Shown: piece after piece, positions 35,806 through 45,150 of the stretch
How the letters are laid out: every line of letters begins with the position of its first letter
How positions within the stretch are numbered: position 1 is the stretch's first letter
Position numbers and translations under genes: made by a program
Notes under the pieces: generated by a model
The model's input: only the letters and a program-made list of their open reading frames with translations
What the model was told of the DNA's origin: nothing
The model's database searches: none
DNA from: a bacterium
GTDB lineage: Bacteria > Bacillota_I > Bacilli_A > Izemoplasmatales > Izemoplasmataceae
DNA length: 64,000 bases
Assembly (NCBI GenBank): GCA_018400615.1
Contig: JAGYML010000001.1
Span: 7,134 to 71,133, forward strand
Reading direction: 5' to 3'

Positions 35806-37749
35806 ATGGACCTAAGTATTAATGCACTTCGCTTCCTTGGGCTCGATCAGACCAACGAAGCCAACAGTGGGCACCCTGGAATCGTTTTGGGCGCAGCCCC
35901 TGTCGTTTATGAACTTTTCACCAAACACTTGAATGCGACCCCTAAAAAAAGCGACTGGTTTGACAGAGACCGTTTCGTACTTTCCGCAGGACACGGTTCA
36001 GGATTGTTATATGCACTTTACCATATTGCCGGGTATGACATTTCCATGGATGATTTGAAAGCCTTCCGTCAATTGGATTCCATTACACCCGGTCATCCTG
36101 AATACGGCATGACTGATGGCGTTGAAGCCACTACAGGCCCCCTTGGACAAGGCATTTCCATGAGCGTGGGAATGGCCATTGCAGAAGCGAACCTGCGCGC
36201 GCGTTTCAACAAGGACGACCTCAAGGTCGTTGACCATTATACCTATACCCTTTGTGGGGATGGTGACCTCCAAGAAGGTGTCACCCAAGAAGCCATGAGT
36301 CTGGCTGGCCACCTGGGTCTTTCACGACTCATCGTGTTGTATGATTCAAATGATATCCAACTGGATGGTCCTACAAAAGATGCCAACAGTGAAAATATGA
36401 AACTCAAAGCCGAAGCCATCAACTGGGATTATGAGCTTGTCGAAGATGCCAATGACCTCAAGGCACTCTCAAAAGCCATTGAAAACGCCAAAGCATCCGA
36501 TAAACCGACGCTTGTTGAAATCAAGAGCGTCATTGGCCTCGGGTCTTCTCTTGCCGGAACAAATGACGTACACGGAAAACCGATTGGCAAAGAGGAAACC
36601 GATCAGATGCGCAAAGACTTTGACTACCCATACGGCGCGTTCGAAGCACCGAAGGAAGCTTATGAGGATTTCAAAAACACTTTCTTGAAACGCGGAGACA
36701 GCGCCCTTGCCAAGTGGGAAGAAACCCTTAAAACCTATAAAGACAAATACCCCAAAGACTACGAAACCTTTATGAGCATCGTGGAAAACCGTTTCAACGT
36801 CAATTGGGACGCACTTATCGGTAAAGCGGAAATAGGTACAAGCGAAGCCACCCGTGCAACCATTGGCAACATTCTACCAAAAGTCAGTGAAGCGATTCCT
36901 TCCATGATAGGCGGGTCTGCAGACCTTGCGGGCAGCACAAAAGTTACAGGCAATGATGGCAACTTCACAAAAGAAAATCCCAAAGGCCGCAACATCAATT
37001 TCGGTGTACGTGAACACGCCATGGGCGCCATTGTGAATGGACTCAACCTTCATAACATGCGCGGCTTCAGTGGCGGATTCTTCATCTTCAGTGATTACAT
37101 GAAGCCTGCCCTTCGTCTTGCCTCACTTCAGCATCTTCCCGCCACTTTCATCTTTACCCATGACTCGGTTGCGGTAGGCGAAGATGGTCCGACCCACGAG
37201 CCAATTGAACAGCTTTCAATGTTCCGTGCGATGCCGAACATGACCACCATTCGTCCTGCAAATGCGGTAGAAACCCGCCATGCACTGCGTTTCGCCATGG
37301 AATCAAGCTCAACGCCTACTTCACTCGTACTGACCCGTCAGGGGACTGAAGTCATTGAAGACGTCAGCTATGAAGATTTCCAAAAAGGCGCCTACATCGT
37401 AAGAGACAAAGACGACTTCGAAGGCATACTCATCGCAACAGGCAGCGAAGTTGAACTCGCTCTTCATGCTCAGGACGAACTTGCCAAGGAAGGCATCAAC
37501 GTCCGCGTAGTTTCCATGCCCTCACAAGAACTCTTCAACCAACAAAATGCAACCTATAAACAAAAAGTACTGCCAAGCACTGTACAAAAACGCGTCGCCG
37601 TGGAACTCGGGGCTCCGGATTCATGGTACCGCTATGCCAATAATGTCTATGCCCTTGATCGTTATGGATTGAGTGCCCCAGGCGATGTTGCATTAAAAGC
37701 CCTTGGCTTCACACCAGATGCGCTCAAAGAATATTACCGTTCACTATAA
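35806..37749 (+). CDS. tkt: Transketolase
   Basis: 'NSGHPGIVLGAAP', 'GDGDLQEGV', 'GSADLAGST' and 'THDSVAVGEDGPTHEPIEQ'. Confidence 0.95.
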   Translation: MDLSINALRFLGLDQTNEANSGHPGIVLGAAPVVYELFTKHLNATPKKSDWFDRDRFVLSAGHGSGLLYALYHIAGYDISMDDLKAFRQLDSITPGHPEYGMTDGVEATTGPLGQGISMSVGMAIAEANLRARFNKDDLKVVDHYTYTLCGDGDLQEGVTQEAMSLAGHLGLSRLIVLYDSNDIQLDGPTKDANSENMKLKAEAINWDYELVEDANDLKALSKAIENAKASDKPTLVEIKSVIGLGSSLAGTNDVHGKPIGKEETDQMRKDFDYPYGAFEAPKEAYEDFKNTFLKRGDSALAKWEETLKTYKDKYPKDYETFMSIVENRFNVNWDALIGKAEIGTSEATRATIGNILPKVSEAIPSMIGGSADLAGSTKVTGNDGNFTKENPKGRNINFGVREHAMGAIVNGLNLHNMRGFSGGFFIFSDYMKPALRLASLQHLPATFIFTHDSVAVGEDGPTHEPIEQLSMFRAMPNMTTIRPANAVETRHALRFAMESSSTPTSLVLTRQGTEVIEDVSYEDFQKGAYIVRDKDDFEGILIATGSEVELALHAQDELAKEGINVRVVSMPSQELFNQQNATYKQKVLPSTVQKRVAVELGAPDSWYRYANNVYALDRYGLSAPGDVALKALGFTPDALKEYYRSL

Positions 37750-37756
37750 ACATTCA

Positions 37757-37787
37757 GGCGACGCATTCCATTGCGTCGCCTTATTTG
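37757..37787 (+). terminator. Intrinsic terminator after tkt
   Basis: 9-bp stem ggcgacgca / tgcgtcgcc followed by T-rich sequence. Confidence 0.8.
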
Positions 37788-37817
37788 TTATAATGGCTTT
37801 TGAAAGAAGGTGCTCTC

Positions 37818-38378
37818 ATGCAAAAACTCCATGTTCATATGCAACAGGCTTCTGAGCACACGATGGTCAAAGCTTTGTTGATTGATCTTTACCCTTCCAT
37901 GGAATTTGTCGAAAAGACCAAAACGTACACACATTTCACAATCGATAAGGCAGACATCATCGAACTGCCCCTTGAAAGTCTTTATGATCTGCTGGTTACG
38001 GATTTTGAAATGCGCTTTACCCTGGTCTTTCATACAATAGGGGCGAACAAGCTGATTGGAACAGCATTCAAAGCCCATCTAAACAAGTTGCCCAGTGGCA
38101 CATTCTCTTTTGAAGAAACCCTTTTTCACCTTTACAAACTCAATCCCAAAAGTCTTGAAGGCATCAAGCACAACCTGGATGCCCTTATCACACAAAGTGA
38201 TAGAACCACCCTCCTTGCGTTTGGCAATGCGAATATGAAAGCCACAAACGCCGCCAAAAGATTGTTTATTCACAGAAACACCATGCAATACCGACTTGAC
38301 CACATACAGGAAGTGACCGGTATCGATGTTAAAACCTTCAAAGGACTCTTTATCATACACGCGCTGCAAACGCTTTAA
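37818..38378 (+). CDS. PucR/CdaR-type C-terminal HTH regulator-like protein
   Basis: C-terminal 'ATNAAKRLFIHRNTMQYRLDHIQEVTGIDV'. The ATG at 37818 follows gaaggtg. Confidence 0.6.
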   Translation: MQKLHVHMQQASEHTMVKALLIDLYPSMEFVEKTKTYTHFTIDKADIIELPLESLYDLLVTDFEMRFTLVFHTIGANKLIGTAFKAHLNKLPSGTFSFEETLFHLYKLNPKSLEGIKHNLDALITQSDRTTLLAFGNANMKATNAAKRLFIHRNTMQYRLDHIQEVTGIDVKTFKGLFIIHALQTL

Positions 38379-38388
38379 ATTTTGTGCA

Positions 38389-38416
38389 AAGTGCCCATAG
38401 TTTCGGGCACTTTTTA
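38389..38416 (+). terminator. Intrinsic terminator
   Basis: Stem agtgccc / gggcact with an 8-nt loop and a T5 run. Confidence 0.65.
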
Positions 38417-38461
38417 TGTGTATACTTGTAAGTGAGTAAATAATCTATAGGAGGCCCCAAT

Positions 38462-39568
38462 ATGGCTCAATTAACATTCAAGGAACTGAAAAAGGTATAT
38501 GAAGGCGACGTCGTCGCAGTACAGGATTTCAATCTCAAAGTCGATGACCAGGAATTCATCGTTCTAGTCGGTCCATCCGGGTGTGGTAAATCCACTACGC
38601 TACGTATGGTCGCAGGACTTGAAGATATCACACAAGGTGATCTTTACATCGATGACGTACGCGTCAATGACGTAGCCCCAAAAGACCGCGACATCGCGAT
38701 GGTGTTCCAGTCATACGCACTCTATCCACACATGACCGTTTATGACAACATGGCGTTCAGCTTGAAACTCAGAAAAAAACCAAAAGATGAAATTGACGAG
38801 CGCGTACAAAACGCGGCTGATATTCTCGGACTCAAAGCGTATTTGGATCGTAAACCGAAAGCCCTCTCCGGTGGACAGAAACAGCGTGTTGCACTCGGAC
38901 GTGCGATTGTCCGTGACGCAAACGTATTCCTCATGGATGAGCCACTTTCGAACCTCGATGCAAAACTGCGTGTACAAATGCGTGCAGAAATCATCAAACT
39001 TCACAAACGCATTAAAACCACCACTGTCTACGTAACCCATGACCAGATTGAAGCGATGACCATGGCCGACAGAATCGTTATCATGAATGACGGATTCATC
39101 CAGCAAGTCGGCGTACCAAAAGAAATCTATGACTACCCGAACAATGTATTCGTCGGGGGCTTCATCGGAACACCGGCAATGAACTTCGTATATGGTAAAT
39201 ATACCAAAGGGGGCTTCTTTGAAAGCGACAATGTCAAAGTCAAAGTTCCGGATGCGAAAGCCAAACTCCTCAAAGACAAAGGCTATGAAGACAAGCGCAT
39301 CATTCTCGGAATCCGTCCTGAAGACATCCATGATGAAAACATCGTGCTTGAAACTTACAAGGATTCACACGTAAAACTCAAAGTCGAAGTATCCGAGCTA
39401 CTCGGTGCGGAAACCAACGTATACGCTAAGATTGGCGACAAGGAAATCGTCGCACGTGTCGATGCCCGTGACGATATCAAAATGGGCGATGAACTCGAAC
39501 TCGCGTTCGATATGAACAAGGTTCACTTCTTCGATATCGACAGTGAAGAACGCATCAAAAACAACTAA
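38462..39568 (+). CDS. Sugar ABC transporter ATP-binding protein (MsmK/MalK/UgpC type), orphan of permease genes
   Basis: 'GPSGCGKST', '[14 protein letters not shown]', '[10 protein letters not shown]' and 'VTHDQ', plus a C-terminal TOBE-like regulatory domain. Confidence 0.9.
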   Translation: MAQLTFKELKKVYEGDVVAVQDFNLKVDDQEFIVLVGPSGCGKSTTLRMVAGLEDITQGDLYIDDVRVNDVAPKDRDIAMVFQSYALYPHMTVYDNMAFSLKLRKKPKDEIDERVQNAADILGLKAYLDRKPKALSGGQKQRVALGRAIVRDANVFLMDEPLSNLDAKLRVQMRAEIIKLHKRIKTTTVYVTHDQIEAMTMADRIVIMNDGFIQQVGVPKEIYDYPNNVFVGGFIGTPAMNFVYGKYTKGGFFESDNVKVKVPDAKAKLLKDKGYEDKRIILGIRPEDIHDENIVLETYKDSHVKLKVEVSELLGAETNVYAKIGDKEIVARVDARDDIKMGDELELAFDMNKVHFFDIDSEERIKNN

Positions 39569-39587
39569 TACCTACATCCATCAATCA

Positions 39588-39612
39588 AAGGACGGCTAAG
39601 CCGTCCTTTTAG
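39588..39612 (+). terminator. Intrinsic terminator
   Basis: Stem aggacgg / ccgtcct with a 5-nt loop and a T-run. Confidence 0.75.
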
Positions 39613-39693
39613 TTTGAAAAACACGTGATTTTTTCATCACTGAAGGGTACCGCTCTTAACGTAGGAAAGCTACACTGATTGCGAGGTGATGTT

Positions 39694-40089
39694 ATGCAAT
39701 TCATTGAAAGGACAACCGAAGGCTTACGCATAAAATCAAGAGATGCGGACCAGGTTGTCAAAAAAGGCTTGAAACAATTTTTGAATGCACTCCTCCAAAA
39801 GGAATATTCCACGTTGGATGGGCGAATAAAAGCACTGAAAAAGGAATTTGGACTCAAAAACAATGTCCCAATCTACATTCATGAGTCCCTGTGTTTTTAC
39901 ATGAGTACGAACATGAGAGACACACAGTCCACCTGCATCAATTATCACGAGGTCCTCTCGATCCGCCAAGGATCCCACCAAAATACAGAAATCATATTCA
40001 AGGACTTGTCCATCAAGCATTTGGATGTCAGTTATCAAAAATTGCTCAAAAGACACATCCAAACCGCAAGATTCCTCTCAAACCTGTAA
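39694..40089 (+). CDS. ComK-family-like protein (short, 131 aa)
   Basis: 'YSTLDGRIKALKKEFGLKNNVPIYIHESLCFYMSTNMRDTQSTCINYHEV' aligns by eye with the B. subtilis ComK core 'SSYAGRK...KPPIMVDPSNQIFLFPTLS....WIS'. RBS gaggtga lies upstream. Confidence 0.5.
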   Translation: MQFIERTTEGLRIKSRDADQVVKKGLKQFLNALLQKEYSTLDGRIKALKKEFGLKNNVPIYIHESLCFYMSTNMRDTQSTCINYHEVLSIRQGSHQNTEIIFKDLSIKHLDVSYQKLLKRHIQTARFLSNL

Positions 40090-40112
40090 ACCATCCTTCG
40101 GGGTGGTTTTTC
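40088..40112 (+). terminator. Putative intrinsic terminator
   Basis: Stem aaccatcc / gggtggtt (one G-U pair) with loop ttcg and a short T-run. Confidence 0.6.
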
Positions 40113-40223
40113 TCATGTAAACGCTTTATATAAAAGAAAATGCTTACAACTTGCCGCATGAATAGAAAAACAGGCAAGTATCTAGTATAATGAAGTTGAT
40201 AAAATGAGTAAAGGAGTAATCAA

Positions 40224-41417
40224 ATGGCTAAGAAAACTGTAAGAGACATCGAAGTGAACGGCAAGACTGTACTGGTGCGCGTTGACTTCAACGTACCAAT
40301 GGAAGGGGATAGAATCACCGACGACAATAGAATTCGTCAAGCAGTCCCGACCATTGAAACATTGATTGAAAAGAATGGGAAGGTCGTCCTTTTCTCACAT
40401 CTTGGACGAGTAAAAGAAGAAGCGGACAAAAAAGGCAAATCACTTGCGCCCGTAAGTGAGGCTTTGTCAGAGAAACTCGGCAAAAAAGTGACTTTCATCG
40501 GTGAAACCCGCGGTGAGAAACTCGAAGAAGCCATCAAAAACATGAAAAACGGCGACGTACTCATGGTGGAAAATACCCGCTTTGAAGACGTCGAAGGTAA
40601 AAAAGAATCCAAAAACGATCCGGAACTCGGTAAATACTGGGCATCCCTTGGGGATGTATTCGTCAATGACGCATTCGGCACTGCCCACCGTGAACACGCA
40701 TCAAATGTCGGCATTGCAACCAACACCGATGTTGTGGCAGCCGGACTTCTGCTTGAAAAGGAAATCAAATTCATTGGAGGCGCTGTGGAAAACCCTGAGC
40801 GTCCGTTCATCGCCATTTTAGGTGGTGCCAAAGTTTCTGATAAAATCGGTGTCATTAAAAATCTTCTGACCAAGGCAGACATGGTGCTTATCGGTGGGGG
40901 TATGAGTTATACCTTCATGAAAACCCAAGGCCTTGAAATCGGCACAAGTCTTGTAGAAAACGACAAGCTTGATCTCGCAGAGTCACTTCTTGAACAGGCA
41001 AAAGGCAAACTCGTATTGCCAAGTGACTTCAAAGTGACCAAGGAATTTGACAAGGATGCGGATTTCCGTATTGCTGGAAAAGAAGACATCCAAAAAGATG
41101 AAATGGGCCTTGATATCGGCCCCAAGACACTTGAAGACTACCAGGAAATCCTTGAAAATGCCAAAACGGTCGTATGGAATGGCCCTGTGGGCGTATTTGA
41201 ATTCGACAACTTCGCCAAAGGCACACTGGGTATTCTTGAAAAACTTTCTAATCTTGAAGAGACCACAACCATCCTCGGTGGTGGCGACAGCGCAGCTGCA
41301 GCCATCTCGCTTGGGTATGAACATAAAATCACCCATATTTCCACAGGTGGAGGCGCAAGCCTTGAGTACCTCGAAGGTAAAAGCCTTCCAGGCATCGACT
41401 GTGTCGATGAACTGTAA
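40224..41417 (+). CDS. pgk: Phosphoglycerate kinase
   Basis: 'VRVDFNVP', 'SHLGRV', 'NTRFE' and '[14 protein letters not shown]'. Confidence 0.97.
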   Translation: MAKKTVRDIEVNGKTVLVRVDFNVPMEGDRITDDNRIRQAVPTIETLIEKNGKVVLFSHLGRVKEEADKKGKSLAPVSEALSEKLGKKVTFIGETRGEKLEEAIKNMKNGDVLMVENTRFEDVEGKKESKNDPELGKYWASLGDVFVNDAFGTAHREHASNVGIATNTDVVAAGLLLEKEIKFIGGAVENPERPFIAILGGAKVSDKIGVIKNLLTKADMVLIGGGMSYTFMKTQGLEIGTSLVENDKLDLAESLLEQAKGKLVLPSDFKVTKEFDKDADFRIAGKEDIQKDEMGLDIGPKTLEDYQEILENAKTVVWNGPVGVFEFDNFAKGTLGILEKLSNLEETTTILGGGDSAAAAISLGYEHKITHISTGGGASLEYLEGKSLPGIDCVDEL

Positions 41418-41441
41418 GGTAAATAGGAAGGAGACAATGCG

Positions 41442-41687
41442 ATGAAAAAAGAAATCGTTATACAAAGTACGCAAGGTCTTCACGCGGCACTTGCAAGCAA
41501 ACTCGTACATATTGCCGCATCATTTCAGTCGGATGTATACCTCGACTATGCAGACAAAAGAGTCGACGCCAAAAGTGTCCTCGGTCTCATGAGTCTTGCT
41601 GTGCCGCCTGGAGAAAACGTCAATGTGGTTGCTGAAGGCGACGATGCTGAAGCAGCTATTGATGAAATTACGAAAGTATTGGAGTAG
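41442..41687 (+). CDS. HPr-family phosphocarrier-like protein (His15 and Ser46 equivalents present, Arg17 equivalent absent)
   Basis: 81 aa. It has 'QGLHAALASKLV' where HPr has 'GIHARPAT', and 'DAKSVLGLMSLAV' where HPr has 'NLKSIMGVMSLGI'. RBS ggaagga lies upstream. Confidence 0.75.
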   Translation: MKKEIVIQSTQGLHAALASKLVHIAASFQSDVYLDYADKRVDAKSVLGLMSLAVPPGENVNVVAEGDDAEAAIDEITKVLE

Positions 41688-41693
41688 ATAAGC

Positions 41694-42455
41694 ATGCGTA
41701 AACCCATGATTGCAGGAAACTGGAAAATGAACAAGAATCGTGATGAAGCACTTCAGTTCATCTACAACGTCAACCAGGAAGTTCCGGGCAAAGAATTTGT
41801 TGATACGGTTATAGCCTCTCAGGATCCGGTCTTGAGAGACCTTGTCAAAAGACAGGGCGACAACCTTAGAATCGCCGCACAGAACATGCACGAAAAAACA
41901 GAAGGCGCCTTTACCGGAGAGACCTCTGCAGAACTACTTGAAAACCTGGGCGTGGCATACGTCATCATTGGTCACAGCGAACGCCGTGCCTATTACAACG
42001 AATCCGATGCGTCCGTGAACAAGAAGCTTCATCAGGCCTTCCGTTACGGCCTCACTCCGATTCTTTGTGTGGGTGAATCCCTTGAAACACGCGAAGCCGG
42101 TGAAACTGATATGTTTGTCAAAGGTCAGATCAAGGAAGCCTTGAAAGGCCTTGGCAGCGAACAGGTCAAGGAACTCGTCATTGCTTATGAACCTATTTGG
42201 GCGATCGGCACAGGTAAAACCGCTTCAGCGGATCAAGCCAACGAAACCATCGGTGTCATTCGCGAATCAGTAAGTGCCTTATACGATGCTTCGGTCAGTG
42301 ACATGACCCGCATTCTTTATGGTGGAAGTGTCAAACCTGCAAACATCGATGAACTCATCGCAAAAGAAGACATTGATGGCGCACTTGTCGGTGGCGCATC
42401 CTTAGACCCTAAAAGTTTCCTTACTTTGGTCGAAGCCGCAGCCCCTAAAAAATAA
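41694..42455 (+). CDS. tpiA: Triosephosphate isomerase
   Basis: 'IAGNWKMN', 'IIGHSERR', 'AYEPIWAIGTG' and 'YGGSVKP'. Confidence 0.97.
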   Translation: MRKPMIAGNWKMNKNRDEALQFIYNVNQEVPGKEFVDTVIASQDPVLRDLVKRQGDNLRIAAQNMHEKTEGAFTGETSAELLENLGVAYVIIGHSERRAYYNESDASVNKKLHQAFRYGLTPILCVGESLETREAGETDMFVKGQIKEALKGLGSEQVKELVIAYEPIWAIGTGKTASADQANETIGVIRESVSALYDASVSDMTRILYGGSVKPANIDELIAKEDIDGALVGGASLDPKSFLTLVEAAAPKK

Positions 42456-42461
42456 CCATGT

Positions 42462-42494
42462 ATCCCGTCTACTACCTAGTAGGCGGGATTTTTA
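42462..42494 (+). terminator. Intrinsic terminator after tpiA
   Basis: 12-bp stem atcccgtctact / agtaggcgggat followed by a T5 run. Confidence 0.85.
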
Positions 42495-42511
42495 ATTGGA
42501 AAATTTCGGTA

Positions 42512-42545
42512 TAAAAAAAAGACCGCAAAATACATTGCGGTCTTG
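42512..42545 (-). terminator. Intrinsic terminator after rpsD
   Basis: Stem aagaccgcaa / ttgcggtctt. The minus-strand U-run comes from the plus-strand A8 (42513-42520). Confidence 0.8.
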
Positions 42546-42557
42546 GTTGTTTACCTA

Positions 42558-43157
42558 TTAACGGTTGTAGAATTCAACGATGAGGTTTTCCTTGATGTCG
42601 GTTAAGAATTCACGACGTTCAGGGAAGCGTTTATAAACGAATTGACGTTTTTCATCATCAAAATCAACGAAATCCGCGCGTTCTACTTTGGCTTCAAGCG
42701 CATCTTTTACGACGACTAGGTCTTTGGATTTCTCTTTGAGTCCAACGGTTTGACCCGGTTTGACGCGGTATGATGGAATGTCCATTTTCTTGCCATCGAC
42801 CGTTACGTGTCCGTGTGCAACAATCTGGCGGGCTTGACGACGGGTGCGTGCAAGGCCTGAACGGAAGACGAGATTATCAAGACGGCTTTCAAGTAGGAAC
42901 AAGAAGTTCTCACCTTGTCTACCTTCCATTTTCTTCGCTTCGTTGAACGTTTTCTTGAATTGACGTTCGTTGACACCATACGTGAAACGTACCTTTTGCT
43001 TCTCTTGAAGCTGTTGGCCGTATTCACTGATTTTGCTGCGACGCTGGCCATGTTGACCAGGTGGGTAAGGGCGTTTGCCAAGATCTTTTCCTGTTTCAAG
43101 TGTTGAAAACTTGAGACGACGGGAAACTTTCCATTGTGGTCCGGTATATCTAGACAT
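42558..43157 (-). CDS. rpsD: 30S ribosomal protein S4
   Basis: '[15 protein letters not shown]' and '[33 protein letters not shown]'. Confidence 0.97.
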   Translation of the reverse strand: MSRYTGPQWKVSRRLKFSTLETGKDLGKRPYPPGQHGQRRSKISEYGQQLQEKQKVRFTYGVNERQFKKTFNEAKKMEGRQGENFLFLLESRLDNLVFRSGLARTRRQARQIVAHGHVTVDGKKMDIPSYRVKPGQTVGLKEKSKDLVVVKDALEAKVERADFVDFDDEKRQFVYKRFPERREFLTDIKENLIVEFYNR

Positions 43158-43327
43158 ACGATTTCCTCCTTTAGTTTTATTTGCGATAAAAAGAAGTTCA
43201 TGAAACCTTCAAGGGCTGAACAATTTATACGTTTCACCTCGTCAGCTGAGGGTACTAAGCGCCCGGATTAGACGGATTGTTCGGCGGTCTTGAAACCTTG
43301 CATGTAGCTGCCTTTAAAACGCATGCG
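43158..43327 (-). promoter_or_regulatory. Long structured 5' leader of rpsD (candidate S4 autoregulatory site)
   Basis: About 170 nt lie between the predicted -10 box and the rpsD ATG. Several complementary segments are present, for example gcatg...catgc and ttcaag...cttgaa. Confidence 0.4.
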
Positions 43328-43333
43328 TAAGCA

Positions 43334-43361
43334 TTATATGATAAATACTAGAGTTTGTCAA
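43334..43361 (-). promoter_or_regulatory. Consensus promoter of rpsD
   Basis: The minus strand reads TTGACA (43361-43356), a 17-nt spacer, then TATAAT (43339-43334). It overlaps the 3' end of the upstream GAF gene. Confidence 0.7.
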
Positions 43362-43827
43362 CCACAATAGCCATTACGCGCTCAAGACTTTCTTTGTCAG
43401 TGTCATCAAAGCGCGATTCAATCGGACTGTCGATATCAAGAACACCATAAAGCGTGTGGCCTTTCATGAAAGGGACGACGATTTCGCTTTTGGAATTGGA
43501 ATCGCAGGTGATGTGGCCCGCGAACTGATTCACGTCTTTTACAATCAGTGTGGCTTCATTCTTGGCACTTGTTCCAACAACCCCATTGCCAATGGTGATT
43601 TTCGTGCAAGCGGCCAATCCTTGAAAAGGCCCGAGATAAAGGGCATCCTTTTCACTTAAATAAAATCCGACCCAGTTGACGTCGTCTAAAAAATACTCAA
43701 CGATACTCGCCGCATTGGACAAAGTGGTATACCAGGGATCGGTCTCGTTCAGGTAATAGGGAAGCGTATCAAGGAGAAGTCTGTAGTTTTCCTTTTTGTC
43801 ATTGCTTTTTTCTACGGGTATGAACAT
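43348..43827 (-). CDS. GAF domain protein, free methionine-(R)-sulfoxide reductase type (YtsP/MsrC-like)
   Basis: 'VNWVGFYL', 'GPFQGLAACTKITIGNGVVG', 'ITCDSNSKSEIVVP' and 'GVLDIDSP'. The ATG at 43827 has RBS aagaggtga. Confidence 0.85.
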   Translation of the reverse strand: MFIPVEKSNDKKENYRLLLDTLPYYLNETDPWYTTLSNAASIVEYFLDDVNWVGFYLSEKDALYLGPFQGLAACTKITIGNGVVGTSAKNEATLIVKDVNQFAGHITCDSNSKSEIVVPFMKGHTLYGVLDIDSPIESRFDDTDKESLERVMAIVVDKL

Positions 43828-43914
43828 AGTGTCACCTCTTTTACAAATGATATTAAATAACCTTAAAAAATGCAATGAATATGGTACAATAAGAATGATT
43901 TTTGGAGGGATACC

Positions 43915-45150
43915 ATGATAGATAGAATACTCGTAAGATACGGCGATTTACTGCTCAAAGGTAAAAACAGAAGACGCTTTGTGAAAATGGCTCAAAAGCG
44001 AATCGCTGAACGCATAGTTAACGAAGCGATCACCTTAGAACCCCGACACGATCGTTTGTACATCGTATTGAACGGTGAAGATGAACAAGAAGTGATTGAA
44101 GCACTCAAGACTGTAAGTGGATTGCATAGCTTCTCACGGGTTATGAAAAGCCCAAAAGACCTCGAAGCCATCAAGCACACAGCCCTAGAACTCGCAAGAA
44201 GCACAGTCAAGGAATCTGACACATTCAAAATTGAAACCAAACGGGCTGACAAGACCTATCCATTTGGGTCCACTGAAACCTCACAGGCCGTTGCGGGGTA
44301 TGTAATAGAACATGCCAAAAATCTAACAGCCGATATCTTTGAACCTGACAAGGTCCTTACCGTCGAAGTGAGGCAAGACGGTGCGTATCTTTTTTGTGGC
44401 AAGGAACCGCTTATGGGCGGATTTCCTGTGGGCACGATGGGCAAAGGCATGGTCATGATGAGCGGGGGCATCGACTCTCCAGTTGCGGCTTATTACGCCA
44501 TGCGCAAGGGCATAGAAGTGGAACTCGTGCATTTTGAATCCACCCCTTACACATCAATCGAGTCTGTTCAAAAGGTATATGATCTTGCCAAAGTACTGGC
44601 ACGCTATACCGGAGGGATGCGCGTCAAACTTCACCTTGTGCCCTTTACAGATCTTCATGCAAAGCTTTTAAAAGAAGTCCCCGAGCCCTACATCGTCACC
44701 ATCATGCGAAGAATGATGGTGCGCATTACAGACCGGTTTGCAGCCCTTGATCATACGCCTGTCCTCATCAACGGTGAATCAGTTGGTCAGGTGGCGAGTC
44801 AGACCCTTGACAGCATCCATGTGACACAGGCGGTAACCAATACCCCCATTCTCAGACCGCTCCTTGCCTTTGACAAGGAAGCCATCATGAACAAGGCAAG
44901 AGAAATCGGAACATACGACATTTCAATCAGACCCTTTGAAGACTGTTGCACGGTCTATGTCCCAAGTCAACCCTCGACATCACCGAGAAACTACTACGCT
45001 GATCGGTACGAACGCAGGTTTGACTGGAACAGTCTTGTAGAAAACTGTGTCGAGACTATCAAGACCTTTGATGTGACACCCACATCCGAATATGACTTCG
45101 CTTCTCATGGTTTCACCATTGATGAACTCTTTGAAGAAGGGACTGATTAA
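43915..45150 (+). CDS. thiI: tRNA 4-thiouridine(8) synthase ThiI
   Basis: 'YGDLLLKGKNRRRF', a THUMP region, and the PP-loop 'MSGGIDSPVAAY'. Confidence 0.95.
   Translation: MIDRILVRYGDLLLKGKNRRRFVKMAQKRIAERIVNEAITLEPRHDRLYIVLNGEDEQEVIEALKTVSGLHSFSRVMKSPKDLEAIKHTALELARSTVKESDTFKIETKRADKTYPFGSTETSQAVAGYVIEHAKNLTADIFEPDKVLTVEVRQDGAYLFCGKEPLMGGFPVGTMGKGMVMMSGGIDSPVAAYYAMRKGIEVELVHFESTPYTSIESVQKVYDLAKVLARYTGGMRVKLHLVPFTDLHAKLLKEVPEPYIVTIMRRMMVRITDRFAALDHTPVLINGESVGQVASQTLDSIHVTQAVTNTPILRPLLAFDKEAIMNKAREIGTYDISIRPFEDCCTVYVPSQPSTSPRNYYADRYERRFDWNSLVENCVETIKTFDVTPTSEYDFASHGFTIDELFEEGTD

Noticed and set aside
38711-39331. 206-aa minus-strand ORF inside the sugar ABC ATPase gene
   Set aside because: It is antisense to a gene with complete Walker A, signature, Walker B and H-loop motifs.
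40150-40178. Inverted repeat CTTGCC-N17-GGCAAG upstream of pgk, overlapping a TATAAT at 40186-40191 (possible glycolytic repressor operator)
   Set aside because: The arms are only 6 bp, and no regulator gene (cggR-like) is adjacent. It cannot be distinguished from chance without comparative data.
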